DNA from: Ostreococcus lucimarinus
Taxonomy: Eukaryota
DNA: 64,000 nt
Strand: one strand, 5' to 3'
Assembly: GCA_000092065.1 (NCBI GenBank)
Contig: CP000588.1
Shown: positions 8,284-18,923 of the stretch, piece after piece
Layout: each line of letters opens with the position of its first letter
How positions within the stretch are numbered: position 1 is the stretch's first letter
Program-made: the position numbers and the translations under genes
Notes under the pieces: model-generated
Database searches by the model: none
Told to the model about the DNA's origin: nothing
What the model saw: only the letters and a program-made list of their open reading frames with translations

Positions 8284-10437
8284 ATGGCGAAGAAACAGCG
8301 CGGCGGCGGCGGTCGCGCCGGTGGAGGCTCGAACGCCTCCGGAAGCGCGCAGAAGGAGAAACCTAAACACTCCATGAGCGTCACGAATCGCACGAACAAC
8401 ATGAACCCGCACGAGCGCAGCGCGGCGACGGTGCGGCGTTTGGCCATGTACAAGCAAAAGGCGGTGCGAGATAAAAAGGGGAAAATTTTAAAGCAAGACT
8501 TGCAGAGTAAGGCTTTGCCGTCGACGCGAATCGTGCCCGATCGACGATGGTTCGGGAACACGCGGGTGATTGGGCAGAAACAGTTGGAGGAGTTTCGAGA
8601 GGAGATGGCGACGAAGAGCCGAGACGGATACACGGTGCTCATTAAACAAAAGAAGCTGCCGCTGTCGTTGCTCAAGGATGAGGAGCGAGGACGAGCCCGT
8701 CGAGTGAATTTATTGAGTCAGAGCACGTTTGCGGAAACGTTCGGGGCGAATAAGAGACGGAAAAAGCCTAAACTGGCGATGGATAATCTCGAAGCCATGC
8801 TTAGCACGGCGTCAAAGATGGGGGAAGTTTATCAAGAAGGCGTGGAAACTGGCGCGATTATGGATAGGGACTTGATGCGCGCTGATGACGGTGTGCGAGT
8901 GGAAGCTAAGCAGAGCATGTTTGAAAAGGGACAATCCAAGCGTATTTGGGGTGAGTTGTATAAGGTTGTCGATTCTTCGGACGTCATCATTCAAGTTTTG
9001 GATGTTCGCGATCCCATGGGGACGAGGTGCTACCATCTCGAGCAACACTTAAAAAAGGACGCGATGAAGCGACATAAGCACATGATTCTGCTGTTGAACA
9101 AAGTTGATTTGGTCCCCGCGTGGGTCACAAAGCGTTGGTTACACACGTTGTCGCGTGAGTTCCCCACGATTGCGTTTCATGCGTCAGTGAGTAATCCGTT
9201 TGGTAAAGGAGCCGTGTTGTCTCTCCTTCGTCAGTTTAGCCGTCTTCGAATGGACAAGCAAAACATCTCTGTGGGTTTTGTGGGGTATCCCAACGTCGGG
9301 AAGTCGTCAGTGATTAACGCACTGCGTTCTAAACGCGTGTGCCTGACTGCGCCTATTCCGGGTGAAACCAAGGTTTGGCAGTATGTCAACCTCACGAAGA
9401 GAATTTTCTTGATTGATTGCCCAGGCGTCGTGTACCAGGACACTGAAGACACCGACACGGATGCCGTACTCAAGGGTGTAGTTCGTATATCCAATCTCGA
9501 AGATGCGCAAGAGCATATTCCTGATGTGATCGCTCGAGTCAAAGCTGAGTATTTGCGACGAGCATACAAGACGCCAAGTTGGACCGATCCTGACGACTTT
9601 CTGCGTCAAGTTGCTCGTATGAGTGGTAAATTACTCAAGGGTGGCGAAGAGGACGTAAACGCCGTCGCAAAATCTATTTTGCACGATTGGCAACGTGGTC
9701 GCATTCCGTGGTTCACGCCGCCACCTTCTCTTCCTGATGGACCGTCTCAAACGACCGTAAACGTGTTAGAAACTGCGTCCTCTGCGGAAAAAGACGCCGC
9801 GCAAGGCTTTGCTTCGGCGGCGGCAGAAGTGACGATGAAGCAAGTCCATCGGCGGATGCCACAGGCGCATGGTTTATTTGACGAAGAAGATAGACACGAT
9901 CAAGAGTACGCGACGGAGGATGAAGATGAACCAGAATCTGAGGACGACGGTGAAGGAGACGACGACGACGAGGACGACGGCAAGGCGAACAAGTCTAAGC
10001 GCAAGCGCGAAGAAGTATCCGACGAGGACGAACGACAGGATGAAGACGAACATGGCGAACTATCTGAAAGCGAAGACGTCGATCTTAACGATGAACGCGT
10101 CGGCGATGGTGTTGACGCGGAAACTCTCAAGAAGTTTGCGTCCGACGAAGACGAAGACGAAGACGACGAAGACGACAAGGGGAACGACAGCGATAGCGAC
10201 AGCGACGGTTACGGCCCGGGAGGTTTATCATTCGATCAGGTACTCGCTGAAATGAAAGGTGAGGTCAAAGAGAAGCCATCTGGTGTCAGTGGTAAATCCA
10301 CGGCGAAGAAATCGCGCGATAACAAGCGCAAGAGCGCCGACGCCTTTGGCGCCTCATCCTCGGGCAAAGAAGAGCGCACGGTGAGTTTCGTCCCCTCGAA
10401 GAAAAAGTCTGCCGCTCGCAAACCCGTTCGGAAGTAG
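8284..10437 (+). CDS. NOG2: Nucleolar GTPase NOG2/GNL2 with a circularly permuted GTPase domain and an acidic C-terminal tail
   Basis: PDRRWFGNTRVIGQKQL, KRIWGELYKVVDSSDVIIQVLDVRDPMGTR, NKVDLVP, GYPNVGKSSVINAL and DCPGVV are colinear with yeast Nog2. The D/E/S-rich C-terminus is typical. TGTAA at 10450. Confidence 0.9.
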   Translation: MAKKQRGGGGRAGGGSNASGSAQKEKPKHSMSVTNRTNNMNPHERSAATVRRLAMYKQKAVRDKKGKILKQDLQSKALPSTRIVPDRRWFGNTRVIGQKQLEEFREEMATKSRDGYTVLIKQKKLPLSLLKDEERGRARRVNLLSQSTFAETFGANKRRKKPKLAMDNLEAMLSTASKMGEVYQEGVETGAIMDRDLMRADDGVRVEAKQSMFEKGQSKRIWGELYKVVDSSDVIIQVLDVRDPMGTRCYHLEQHLKKDAMKRHKHMILLLNKVDLVPAWVTKRWLHTLSREFPTIAFHASVSNPFGKGAVLSLLRQFSRLRMDKQNISVGFVGYPNVGKSSVINALRSKRVCLTAPIPGETKVWQYVNLTKRIFLIDCPGVVYQDTEDTDTDAVLKGVVRISNLEDAQEHIPDVIARVKAEYLRRAYKTPSWTDPDDFLRQVARMSGKLLKGGEEDVNAVAKSILHDWQRGRIPWFTPPPSLPDGPSQTTVNVLETASSAEKDAAQGFASAAAEVTMKQVHRRMPQAHGLFDEEDRHDQEYATEDEDEPESEDDGEGDDDDEDDGKANKSKRKREEVSDEDERQDEDEHGELSESEDVDLNDERVGDGVDAETLKKFASDEDEDEDDEDDKGNDSDSDSDGYGPGGLSFDQVLAEMKGEVKEKPSGVSGKSTAKKSRDNKRKSADAFGASSSGKEERTVSFVPSKKKSAARKPVRK

Positions 10438-10704
10438 TGCACACTTTGTTGTAAACTCATTCAACTGTAGACTTATTCAACCGCCTTTTTTAGCTCACGA
10501 ACGCGAGCTCCAAAAGGATTCGTTCCTGCACCACGCGTCGTCCAGGCTAAATTTGGCCGATAACGCTCGTTTTGTCTTCCCGTCTCCCACCGAAAACGCC
10601 AAAACGGCTGCGTCACAATAAGGACGCGCGGTCGACGCCGTGAGCGAGCGAGCGCGTCTCGGGACGCGTTAATAGTGCCACGCCCGTCGAACACTTACCG
10701 CCTC

Positions 10705-11787
10705 ATGTCCACAGCACTCGCCGCGCTCGCAACGACGGCGATGGCGACGACGACCGCGTGGGCGACCGCCGAGGACACTGCGAGAAAAGATCTTGACGAC
10801 GCGGCGAAACGCTGCGACGACGACGCTCACCGCTGGAGAAAGTATGGACACAAGAAGATCGGAAAGCGAGATAAAACGTCGAACGACCTCAGCGAGCGAT
10901 CGTATTACCGATGCTCGTTCGAAGGATGCCCAGCGCGAAAGCGCGTCGGGTGGTGTCCAGAGACAGGACACACGCGCGTGTGGTATGAATTCGAGCACAC
11001 GTGCGGGCAAGTGATGCGCGGACCGTGTTCGCAGTGCGGTACGAAAGAGTCACCGCAGTGGCGCCGCGGGACTTGCGCGAAACCGGTGCTTTGTAACGCG
11101 TGTGGGGTGCGTTACAGGAAGACGCAAGCGGTGCGTGACGAGACAGACGAAATGAACGCACAAGGTCCGGTTAAGAAGCGCCCTATGGTCACGGATCCTG
11201 CGAATAACGACGTTGGTGAGAAGAGAGCGAATGTTGTTACCAGTAATGGACAGGTTGCGCGTATAAAGAGAGGAAGGTCGAAAAAGTCAGTGCCCAAAGA
11301 GCTTTTATCAGCCGCCAAGCGGGTCGTGGAGCTCAGTCGAGCGCCGGAGGGAAATTCGCTGTTTCAGCACGTTTTGATTCCACGCGCGCCGCGGACGAGC
11401 GCCACAGTCGCGACAAAGCCATTGATACCCGCACCAAAGCCGTTGACTGTACCGGAAGGCGTTAGAAACATCCGGTTGTTCGCTCGCGTGCAAACTGAAA
11501 ACGGCAACAAGACGGTGCTGAAGCCAGTGCGCGTGATGGTTTCATCGCAAGTCGAAGTCGAGAAGCTCCGCACCCAACTTACCATCAGAGATGCGAGCTT
11601 GAAGGCCGAACGAGCTCGTGCGCAAGCACTCGAGGCGAAAGTCAATTTTTTGCGCGCTCAGTTAGAGTGCAAAGCTCTTCGCGCGCGCCTGCGCGAAACG
11701 GCAGTCAGCAAGGCACCGGAAGAACGGCCGAGATCGTCGCCATCGATGAACGAGCAGGCGCGCGAGAAATTGGAAGTAGATTTGTAG
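10705..11787 (+). CDS. Transcription factor with a WRKY-type zinc finger, a GATA-type zinc finger and a C-terminal coiled coil
   Basis: WRKYGHKK...YYRCSFEGCPARKRV...HTRVWYEFEHTC is a WRKY C2HC-like finger. CSQCGTKESPQWRRG...LCNACGVRYRK is a GATA CX2CX17CX2C finger. The C-terminus has a heptad-like pattern EVEKLRTQLT...LRAQLECKALRARL. The first ATG is at 10705. The ORF-track start is GTG. Confidence 0.75.
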   Translation: MSTALAALATTAMATTTAWATAEDTARKDLDDAAKRCDDDAHRWRKYGHKKIGKRDKTSNDLSERSYYRCSFEGCPARKRVGWCPETGHTRVWYEFEHTCGQVMRGPCSQCGTKESPQWRRGTCAKPVLCNACGVRYRKTQAVRDETDEMNAQGPVKKRPMVTDPANNDVGEKRANVVTSNGQVARIKRGRSKKSVPKELLSAAKRVVELSRAPEGNSLFQHVLIPRAPRTSATVATKPLIPAPKPLTVPEGVRNIRLFARVQTENGNKTVLKPVRVMVSSQVEVEKLRTQLTIRDASLKAERARAQALEAKVNFLRAQLECKALRARLRETAVSKAPEERPRSSPSMNEQAREKLEVDL

Positions 11788-11848
11788 AGTAAACATAAAG
11801 CGCGTAAGTGTCTAAAATAATACCAACAACATTCTAATGGCGAATCAC

Positions 11849-12748
11849 CTAGCGAGGCTGTTGCATCTCCGCGGCGTCGCCGATGAGTGGAAGCTTGATT
11901 TCCTTCCCAGCGGTTGAACCGACGGCGCCGACGGTGCAGCAGATGTACGTGAACAAAAACACACTGTTGAAAAAGATGATTTCCGCTTGTAGTCCAGCTC
12001 CTCCGGTCGGTCCCGAGCCATCGATCCCTTGAAACGTTCGCGTCAAGAGGTCCGGCACGATTAACAAAATATCCAACAGCACCGCTTGTTGCGCATTGAA
12101 TCGCACAAAACGCTTCATGTTTTGATTTTGCACGACGCCCAAGTAAGTGGCGAAAAACACCGCAATCTGCAAAAACCCGAGGTTGAACCAAAGCGAAATC
12201 AGGGGACTGAGCGGCAGCAGCGCGAGACTGAACGCGGGAAACTGAAGCAACAAAAACTTGCTATACTTCAAGCTATCCAACAGCGGCAACATGTAAACCA
12301 ACGCCGCGATCGCGCGTTCGCTGTAATCATACTCCTCCTCCGGTGCGTTCTTATTCTGTCCTCGTCCTTGTCCCATCATTCCCGCCTTCTCTCGCGCGAT
12401 CCTCGCCTGGGCTTTCGCCAAATCCGCCGCCACTCTCGCGCCGTCCGCCTTGGCCTCCGCGTCCAGCGCCCTCGGCGGCGCCGCCGCCGGTTCCTCCCTC
12501 TCCGGCACCGCCCCGAAGTCCCCGAGCAATTTATCCAGGTTACTGATCGTCTCGTCTTCGTCTCCAGACGCGCGCATCACCGCGTCGCGCCGCGCGCGCG
12601 CGCCCACCACCGCGTCGAGCGCGCGATGAAGATGACGCTCGCGCCGCGTCGCGCGCGCCGAAACGCGTCGCGCGTCGCGCGTCGCCGTCGTCGTCGCGCG
12701 TCGCGGTGCGGCGCACGCACCGCGCGCGCACTGCGATGACGCGATCAT
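11849..12748 (-). CDS. TIC20: Tic20-family plastid inner-envelope translocon protein with an N-terminal transit-peptide-like region
   Basis: ALVYMLPLLD...RFVRFNAQQAVLLDILLIVP matches the Tic20 family motif, with four predicted transmembrane segments. An R/A/S-rich presequence begins at the ATG at 12748. Confidence 0.7.
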   Translation of the reverse strand: MIASSQCARGACAAPRRATTTATRDARRVSARATRRERHLHRALDAVVGARARRDAVMRASGDEDETISNLDKLLGDFGAVPEREEPAAAPPRALDAEAKADGARVAADLAKAQARIAREKAGMMGQGRGQNKNAPEEEYDYSERAIAALVYMLPLLDSLKYSKFLLLQFPAFSLALLPLSPLISLWFNLGFLQIAVFFATYLGVVQNQNMKRFVRFNAQQAVLLDILLIVPDLLTRTFQGIDGSGPTGGAGLQAEIIFFNSVFLFTYICCTVGAVGSTAGKEIKLPLIGDAAEMQQPR

Positions 12749-12882
12749 CGCCACCGAGCGTCGAGGAGTGCGGCGACGGCGACGCGCGCGCGCGAGTCCC
12801 ACTCGCGAAACGCGTGACGTCGATCGAGCGTGATTTTTTAGAGCCGCGCGACGTCGCGCGAACAACAATCGTAAAGTCGAAA

Positions 12883-13486
12883 TTACATGCCCTGAGACGC
12901 CAAGTAGTCGCCGAACTGCTCGACGTGCGCGCTGACTTGTCTCGTCTCCAAGTTATCGCCGTGAATGCCGATCACGAACGCCGTTTTGGTCTTTTTGATC
13001 ACGACGCCGTGCTGCGCGCCGCGCTTGCCGCGCACGACGCCGTAGTCGTCGCCGCCGTTGAGAAAGACGTAGCGCGAGCCACCGATGGTGATGCCCTCGC
13101 TCGCGCGCTCGATGGGATCAGCGAATAACGCCATCAACGCCCGCGCTTCATCGGCGTTGAAACCTGGGAATTGCGCGCTTTGTCCCCAGACGTTTCCCGC
13201 GTGGTCCGCGATGCAGCACGCGCTCAGCGCCGCGGCGTCGCCGTCGGGGACGGCGATCACGCTCAGCGACTCGATCATGGCCTGCGATCGACGATATGAT
13301 CATCGCGCCCGTCATCGTCAGTCCCCGCGCGCGTCTTCGCGTCCGTCCGCGTCGTCATCATCGAGTCTCTTCCCACGCCGACGAGACGTTTCGTTCGTTC
13401 GTTCGTTCGTTCGTTCGTTCGTTCGTTCGTTCGTTCGCGCCGTCGCCGTCGTCGTCTCGTCTCGCACGCACGTCCCAGCCCGACAT
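12883..13486 (-). CDS. PFN: Profilin. Two exons: join(13486..13472, 13281..12883), with a 15-nt start micro-exon.
   Basis: Exon 2 carries profilin signatures (AAALSACCIADHAGNVWGQSAQFP...GGSRYVFLNGG...KTAFVIGIHGD...QFGDYLASQGM). Exon 1 is ATGTCGGGCTGGGAC (MSGWD), followed by donor GTGCGTG. The 190-bp intron (13282-13471) has branch GACTGACG 38 nt before its CAG acceptor. The (GTTC)11 repeat lies inside this intron. Confidence 0.7.
13393..13436. repeat. (GTTC)11 microsatellite inside the profilin 5' intron and the profilin/TLC divergent spacer
   Basis: Direct reading of tcgttcgttcgttc... Confidence 0.95.
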
Positions 13487-13718
13487 CGTCGTCGTCGTCG
13501 TCCGCGCGCGCGTCTCGCGCTCGATCGCCCCCCCGCGTCGCTCGCGCCGCGCTCTGCGTCGTCGGAGCGACGCGACGGCGACGCGACGCGACGCGACGAC
13601 GGCCTGACGGCGCAACACCTGTTGCGAGATCTGGGTGTCCGCGGGACACCCAGACGCGCGCGGACGACGCGGTGAACGAGGAAAACGCGAACGAAAGACC
13701 GCTCGCGCGCGGACGCCG

Positions 13719-14633
13719 ATGTCGAACCACCCGAGCGTGGCGTGGAGCGCCGCGCGCGTGGCGCTGGGCGTGCTGTTTTGGGAGGGACAATTTCAGATCT
13801 CGAAACAATGCTTTGCGAAGAGATTGCCGGAGACGAGCGAGAAGGAACGGACGTATAAACGCGCGGTGAGCTCGTACATCGTGTCGTTCGTGCACGCGTT
13901 TTTCTTGACGTGGGCGGGGTGGAGGATCGTGTTTAAACTGCGACTGGGGAGCGTGGCGGAACGACTGTCGCTGTACGCCAACGCGGACGCGTCCTTCGTG
14001 GGATTCGTCGAGGTCGTGACGATCGCGTTTTTTAGTTACGTGGTGTATGATTTGTTACACGTGATTGAACAGTACCCAGATTTGGGAGGCGTGGATATCT
14101 TGGCGCATCACTTGGGGTTTTTCACCGCGTCGCTGTTGGCGTACGCGTACGGGGCGTATCCTTTCATGTTGGGGTGGTTGTGCACGTGCGAGACGTCGAC
14201 GCCCATACTCAACACGCGGTTTTTCATCAAGTCGTGGCGAGAGATGGAGTACACGCTACCGAATATCGATGCCTTGGCGAAATTTTTCGGGATGAAGACA
14301 CGAGGCGTGGTGGCTGGCAACTGGCTCGAGTATTACGTGAGCGTGGCGTTTTTGTGGGTCTTTGTTGCCGTACGCGTGGTGGGTTACGGTGGCGCCTTGA
14401 TCGCGTTGACGTTTGATTTGAAGTCAGTGGAGGATAATTACATCCCGTACCCCGTGCGGGCGACGCTGTACGCACTCACGTGCTGTGGATTTGTACTCAA
14501 CGCCGTCTGGACGTACAAGATTTACGGGATGGTCAAGCACTTTCGCCGAAAGACGTTGAAGCAGCGCGACGCGTGCGAAGAGCCGATCAGCGACAGCGAA
14601 GAGGAAGATCCCTCGGTCCAAAAGCGAAGTTAG
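13719..14633 (+). CDS. TLC-domain (TRAM/LAG1/CLN8) membrane protein
   Basis: Multi-pass membrane protein with HHLGF...Y...E(T)STPxLN(T)RFF, a TLC-like signature. ATG at 13719. TGTAA at 14662. Confidence 0.6.
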   Translation: MSNHPSVAWSAARVALGVLFWEGQFQISKQCFAKRLPETSEKERTYKRAVSSYIVSFVHAFFLTWAGWRIVFKLRLGSVAERLSLYANADASFVGFVEVVTIAFFSYVVYDLLHVIEQYPDLGGVDILAHHLGFFTASLLAYAYGAYPFMLGWLCTCETSTPILNTRFFIKSWREMEYTLPNIDALAKFFGMKTRGVVAGNWLEYYVSVAFLWVFVAVRVVGYGGALIALTFDLKSVEDNYIPYPVRATLYALTCCGFVLNAVWTYKIYGMVKHFRRKTLKQRDACEEPISDSEEEDPSVQKRS

Positions 14634-14728
14634 TATTTTAGCGTGTTTGGGTTGGCGATGATGTAAACCGTAGTTTGTTGTGCATATATGAAGAATTCTT
14701 GTTTAAGTGACTACAACCTGTGCGCCGC

Positions 14729-16108
14729 TTAGCGGCGCATGAAACCGCCGCCGCCTCTGCGTTCGCTGCCTCGGTTCCACGGGAGTCTCGACTCTCTCGG
14801 CGGCGCGGGTGCATCGTCTTGTTGTCGCGAGCGGCCTCCAACTGCAGCTTGTTCGCGGAATTTACCACCCGGTCCAGCTGGTTGGAAACCCGTCGCGACG
14901 ATGGTCACCGCGATTTCACCCGTGTGCTTCTCGTCGACGACAGAACCGAAGATGACGTTCGCTGACGGGTCCGCAAGCGAGGTGACGACTTCGGAAACGG
15001 TGTTGACCTCCATGAGCGTCATGTCCGGACCACCGGTGATGTTAAACACGATACCAGTCGCTCGGTCAATGGAGTGCTCAACGAGAGGAGCGCTCATGGC
15101 GGCTCTCGCGGCCTCCTCGGCGCGGCCCTTACCGCTCGCCACGCCGACACCGAGCATGGCGGTACCGCTGTCCTTCATTACCGCGCGAACATCGGCGAAA
15201 TCGACGTTGACGAGACCTGGAATCGTGATAATGTCAGAAATACCTTGCACACCTTGACGCAAGACGTCGTCGGCGAGCAAAAACGCCTCCTGAAGAGCAG
15301 TGCCTTCCTCCACGACATCGAGCAAGCGATCGTTCGGAATAACGATCAAAGTGTCAACATTCGCTCTAAGCGCTTCGATGGCTTCGGTGGCTTGTTGAAT
15401 TCGTCGTCTTCCTTCGAACGAGAAGGGGTACGTCACGACGCCGACGGTCAAGATGCCCTTCTCGCGCGACATCTTCGCAACCACCGGCGCGGACCCACTC
15501 CCGGTTCCGCCGCCCATGCCCGCGGTAATGAACACGAGATCGGCGCCCAATACTGCCCGTTCGAGCTCCTGTCGGCTTTCAGTCGCCGCGATCTCCCCGA
15601 GCTCAGGGTTACCGCCCGCGCCCAAGCCTCGCGTCACCTGCTCGCCGATTTGGCACTTGTTCGGCGCGAGCGAGTTCACCAGCGCCTGAGAATCCGTGTT
15701 GACCGCCCAGAATTCCACGCCCTACCGCGTCGAAACATCACACCGCCGTCAGTCATTCGCGTCCGCGCGCCGTTCGTCGAGCGCGTCGTCGCGCGCGCGT
15801 CCTCGACCCGCGGCTTCGTCGTCGCGTTTGAATCGCGCGCGCCAGACGCGGCGCCAGCTCGCGCGTCCCACCTGTAATCCGCTGCTGATCATGCGATTCA
15901 CCGCGTTCCCGCCCCCCCCGCCGCATCCGATCACCTTGATCACCGCCGCGCTCGCCCTCGCGTCCACCGCGCGTCGTCGCGCGCGCGTCGTTCCTCCCAC
16001 GCGTCGCGTCCGCGTCGCCATCGGCGTTCGCCCGAACGCCGCGAGCTCGTTCGTCTTCGCGCGCGCGCGCGCGCCGAGCGCGCCGTGCGCGCGCGTCATC
16101 GCCGCCAT
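14729..16108 (-). CDS. FTSZ: Plastid-division GTPase FtsZ with a transit peptide. Two exons: join(16108..15862, 15721..14729).
   Basis: [14 protein letters not shown] (exon 1), then [10 protein letters not shown]...[16 protein letters not shown]...NVDFADV. The 140-bp intron (15722-15861) has a GTGGGACG donor and a GACTGACGG branch 28 nt before TAG. There are about 50 aa of S/R/A-rich presequence after the ATG at 16108. Confidence 0.85.
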
Positions 16109-16468
16109 CGCGAGCGTCGATATCGGATGCTCGACCGGTCGTGCGCGCGCGTGTGACGGCGCGGGCGCGAGTCGCGCGCGACGGATCGTCGTCCCAGCGC
16201 GATTTCGAACGAAACAATGATTTTGGCGGGAACCCGCGGACCGGGGCGGGGCGACACCGCGGCGACACCGCGGCGCGCGCGAGCGAGCGCGATGGTGCAC
16301 GCGAGCGGGACGAGCGACGTGGACGTGCGTGAACGAACGAACGCGCGGGCGACCGCGCGCGCGCGCGAGGAGCGCGAGCGCGAGCGCGACGCCGCGACGA
16401 CGACGGGGGCGGGAGACTGACGGGAACGGGAACGGGAACGCGCGCAGAGCTCGCAATTGCGAGTGAAG

Positions 16469-17711
16469 ATGACGGGACGACCGCTGCCGAGATGCGCGGA
16501 CGAAGAACTCGGGTTCGGGACGGTGCGCGCGCGATGCGAGGCGACGCGCGCGCGCGTTGGGCTTTGATTCGGGACGCGGCTTTGGTTTGTGCTTTGGTCG
16601 GGGCGACGCGAGGAGGCAAAAGGGGACGCGATGACCGATGACTGACGACGCGCGCGGGGACGATGTGAACGAACAGGTCATCACCGATCACATGTTGAAG
16701 ATTGAGTGGAACGTCGAGCGCGGTTGGAACCATCCGATGATTCTCCCGAGCGGACCGGTGGGGTTGCACCCGTTCGCGCACGTGTTTCATTACGCCGTGG
16801 AGTGCTACGAGGGCATGAAGGCGTACGTAGACAATAATGGATCGGTGCGATTGTTTAGGCCAGAGATGAACATGCAGAGATTTCGCGTCTCCGCGAAGCG
16901 AATGTCTCTCCCGGATTTCGACGGAGAGCAACTGCTAAAATGTATCGAAACGTTGGTTGACATAGACAAGGACTGGATTCCGAAGCAGAGAGGGTACTCT
17001 ATGTACCTGCGACCGGTGATTTTCTCCACTACGCCTTGGTTGGGCTTGACGCAGTGCGCGGAGGCGATGATTCTCGTGTTGTGCTGTCCCGTGGGGCCGT
17101 ATTTCAAGTCTGGATTCGTGCCGATTAAGTTGAGCGTCGACTCAAAGTACATTCGAGCGTGGCCTGGGGGCACCGGTAACGTCAAATCAGGCGGTAATTA
17201 CGGTCCTACGGTAATTTCTCAGGCCGCCGCGACCGCGAATGGGGCTTCTCAGTCGCTGTTCGTGTATGATAAGCACGAATACGTGACCGAGGCAGGGACG
17301 ATGAACATTTTCTTCCTCATTCGCAACGAGCAAGGGGTGAAACAACTCATCACGCCTTCGTTAAAAGATGGTACAATCTTGCCTGGAGTCACGAGGCAAA
17401 GCGTGATTGAGCTTAGCCAACAATGGAACGAATGTGAGACTGTAGAAAAGATGATTCCTTTCGCCGAGATCAAGGCGGCGTTTGAGAGAGGCGACGTGTT
17501 GGAAATCTTTGGCACCGGCACCGCCGCGGTGATCCAACCAATCAATGGTATCGTGTACGAAGGCAAGGAGTACAAACCGGTCGTTCCATTTGATGATTCG
17601 ATGCTTCAGGTTCGGCTCACGAATTTCCTCATCGGTGTGCAGTACGGAGACATCGATCACCCGTGGTCGCACGTCGTCCCACCCTCGACGACTTGGTCCA
17701 AACCCATGTGA
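16469..17711 (+). CDS. BCAT: Branched-chain amino-acid aminotransferase (class IV PLP). The simple model is ATG 16638..17711. An alternative model is join(16469..16522, 16677..17711).
   Basis: ITDHMLKIEWN...YEGMKAY...LFRPEMNMQRF match BCAT. Two consecutive perfect intron signatures lie upstream: branch GACTGACGG at 16431 plus CAG at 16440-16442, and a donor GTGCGCGC at 16523 with branch GACTGACG at 16639 plus CAG at 16674-16676. This makes the ATG at 16638 possibly intronic. TGTAA at 17811. Confidence 0.8.
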
Positions 17712-17957
17712 TGTGCGAGGCGGACACACAGTCGTTAAACAAGTCCCTTAAGTCTATTCTTCCACACATAGTTTTTAGCGCTCGACGGCTATTCTGTCGC
17801 GAGTATCTAATGTAAATCGCGTTGTTTCAAACTCTTTCACTAGCCAAGGCCAGAAAGGCCAAGTGACGGTCGACAACTCTTTTCTCTAGCGCCACACTCG
17901 TCAAACACCGCGCGTGCGAGACGCGGCGCGCGCGACGCGACGCAAAGCTCGATCAAA

Positions 17958-18923
17958 ATGAGCTCGAACGTAACAATTTCATCTCCTCGAGCGCTCGCGG
18001 CGCGTTCGTCCGCGCACGCGCGCGGCGTCAGCGCGAAACGCGTCGCGGGGGACCGTTATTCGTGCCACGGTCGGACGCGAGGTCGAGTGCGCGCGAAGCC
18101 GACGATCGCGCGATGTGCGCGCTCGACCGACGATACAACTCGCGCAATAACGTGTGTTTCTTCGTTCATGAGCGCTCGCGACGGTCAAAACGCGCTGAAC
18201 ATGTCGACACGTGCGCGATCGATCATCGCTCGAGCGTCGAGCGACTTTGGGAGCGCAAACGCTGGGACGCCGCCTCCGCCAAAGGCGACGAATCCGATCG
18301 ATACATTCGTCGGTGGATTGAAAGATAGATTGGAGATGGACTCGAACTTTTTCTTCAAACTCGGGGCGGAGATCTCGATCGATTTCGTCATAACGTTGCT
18401 CGTAAACTTGGCGGTTCGAGGAAACCCTTCATACTGGACTCTGTCGGCGACTCTCATGGTGTTGTGCCAACTCATCACGGCGGCGATCAACGATACGTTG
18501 ATTGTTTACTTTTTGGCGCCGACTAAGGCGAGCGTGGGGAAGAAACCTGAGATTGCGAACGTGTTCGCGAAGGGTGACTACTCGCTTGCGCAGCGCGCGA
18601 TGTGCTACTTGAACAAGGGGAAATTTTACGGTATACTAGGCTCACTATCTTGCGTCCTATCCATGTTTCTGGCGTTGGCGTTGGCGGGCAACGCCGCAGG
18701 ATTCACACAAGAGGTATTGTTCCGTTCTCTTGCGTGTGGAGCATTGCATATGGGGATCAGCTCTAATACAAGATATCAGCTCGTGAACGGCGTCGAACGT
18801 TTGGCGTACGACGTCGCACCCACGAACGTCGCCAAACTAATCTCTGTGTCGGTACGAATGGGGAATAACTTTCTAGGTGCGAGACTTTGGATGATGGTGG
18901 CCGTACTCACCGGTCTTCAGTAG
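17958..18923 (+). CDS. Plastid-targeted polytopic membrane protein, possibly of the RETICULATA-related (DUF3411) family
   Basis: S/R/A-rich presequence, then hydrophobic helices with NDTLIVYFLAP...GNAAGF. The family assignment is tentative. Confidence 0.35.
   Translation: MSSNVTISSPRALAARSSAHARGVSAKRVAGDRYSCHGRTRGRVRAKPTIARCARSTDDTTRAITCVSSFMSARDGQNALNMSTRARSIIARASSDFGSANAGTPPPPKATNPIDTFVGGLKDRLEMDSNFFFKLGAEISIDFVITLLVNLAVRGNPSYWTLSATLMVLCQLITAAINDTLIVYFLAPTKASVGKKPEIANVFAKGDYSLAQRAMCYLNKGKFYGILGSLSCVLSMFLALALAGNAAGFTQEVLFRSLACGALHMGISSNTRYQLVNGVERLAYDVAPTNVAKLISVSVRMGNNFLGARLWMMVAVLTGLQ

Noticed and set aside
15749-16931. ORF-track proteins of 311 and 392 aa on the minus strand across the FtsZ/BCAT spacer
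   Set aside because: Only the short FtsZ exon 1 portion (16108-15862) is real. The rest is open frame through about 75% GC non-coding sequence, and the 392-aa ORF is antisense to BCAT.
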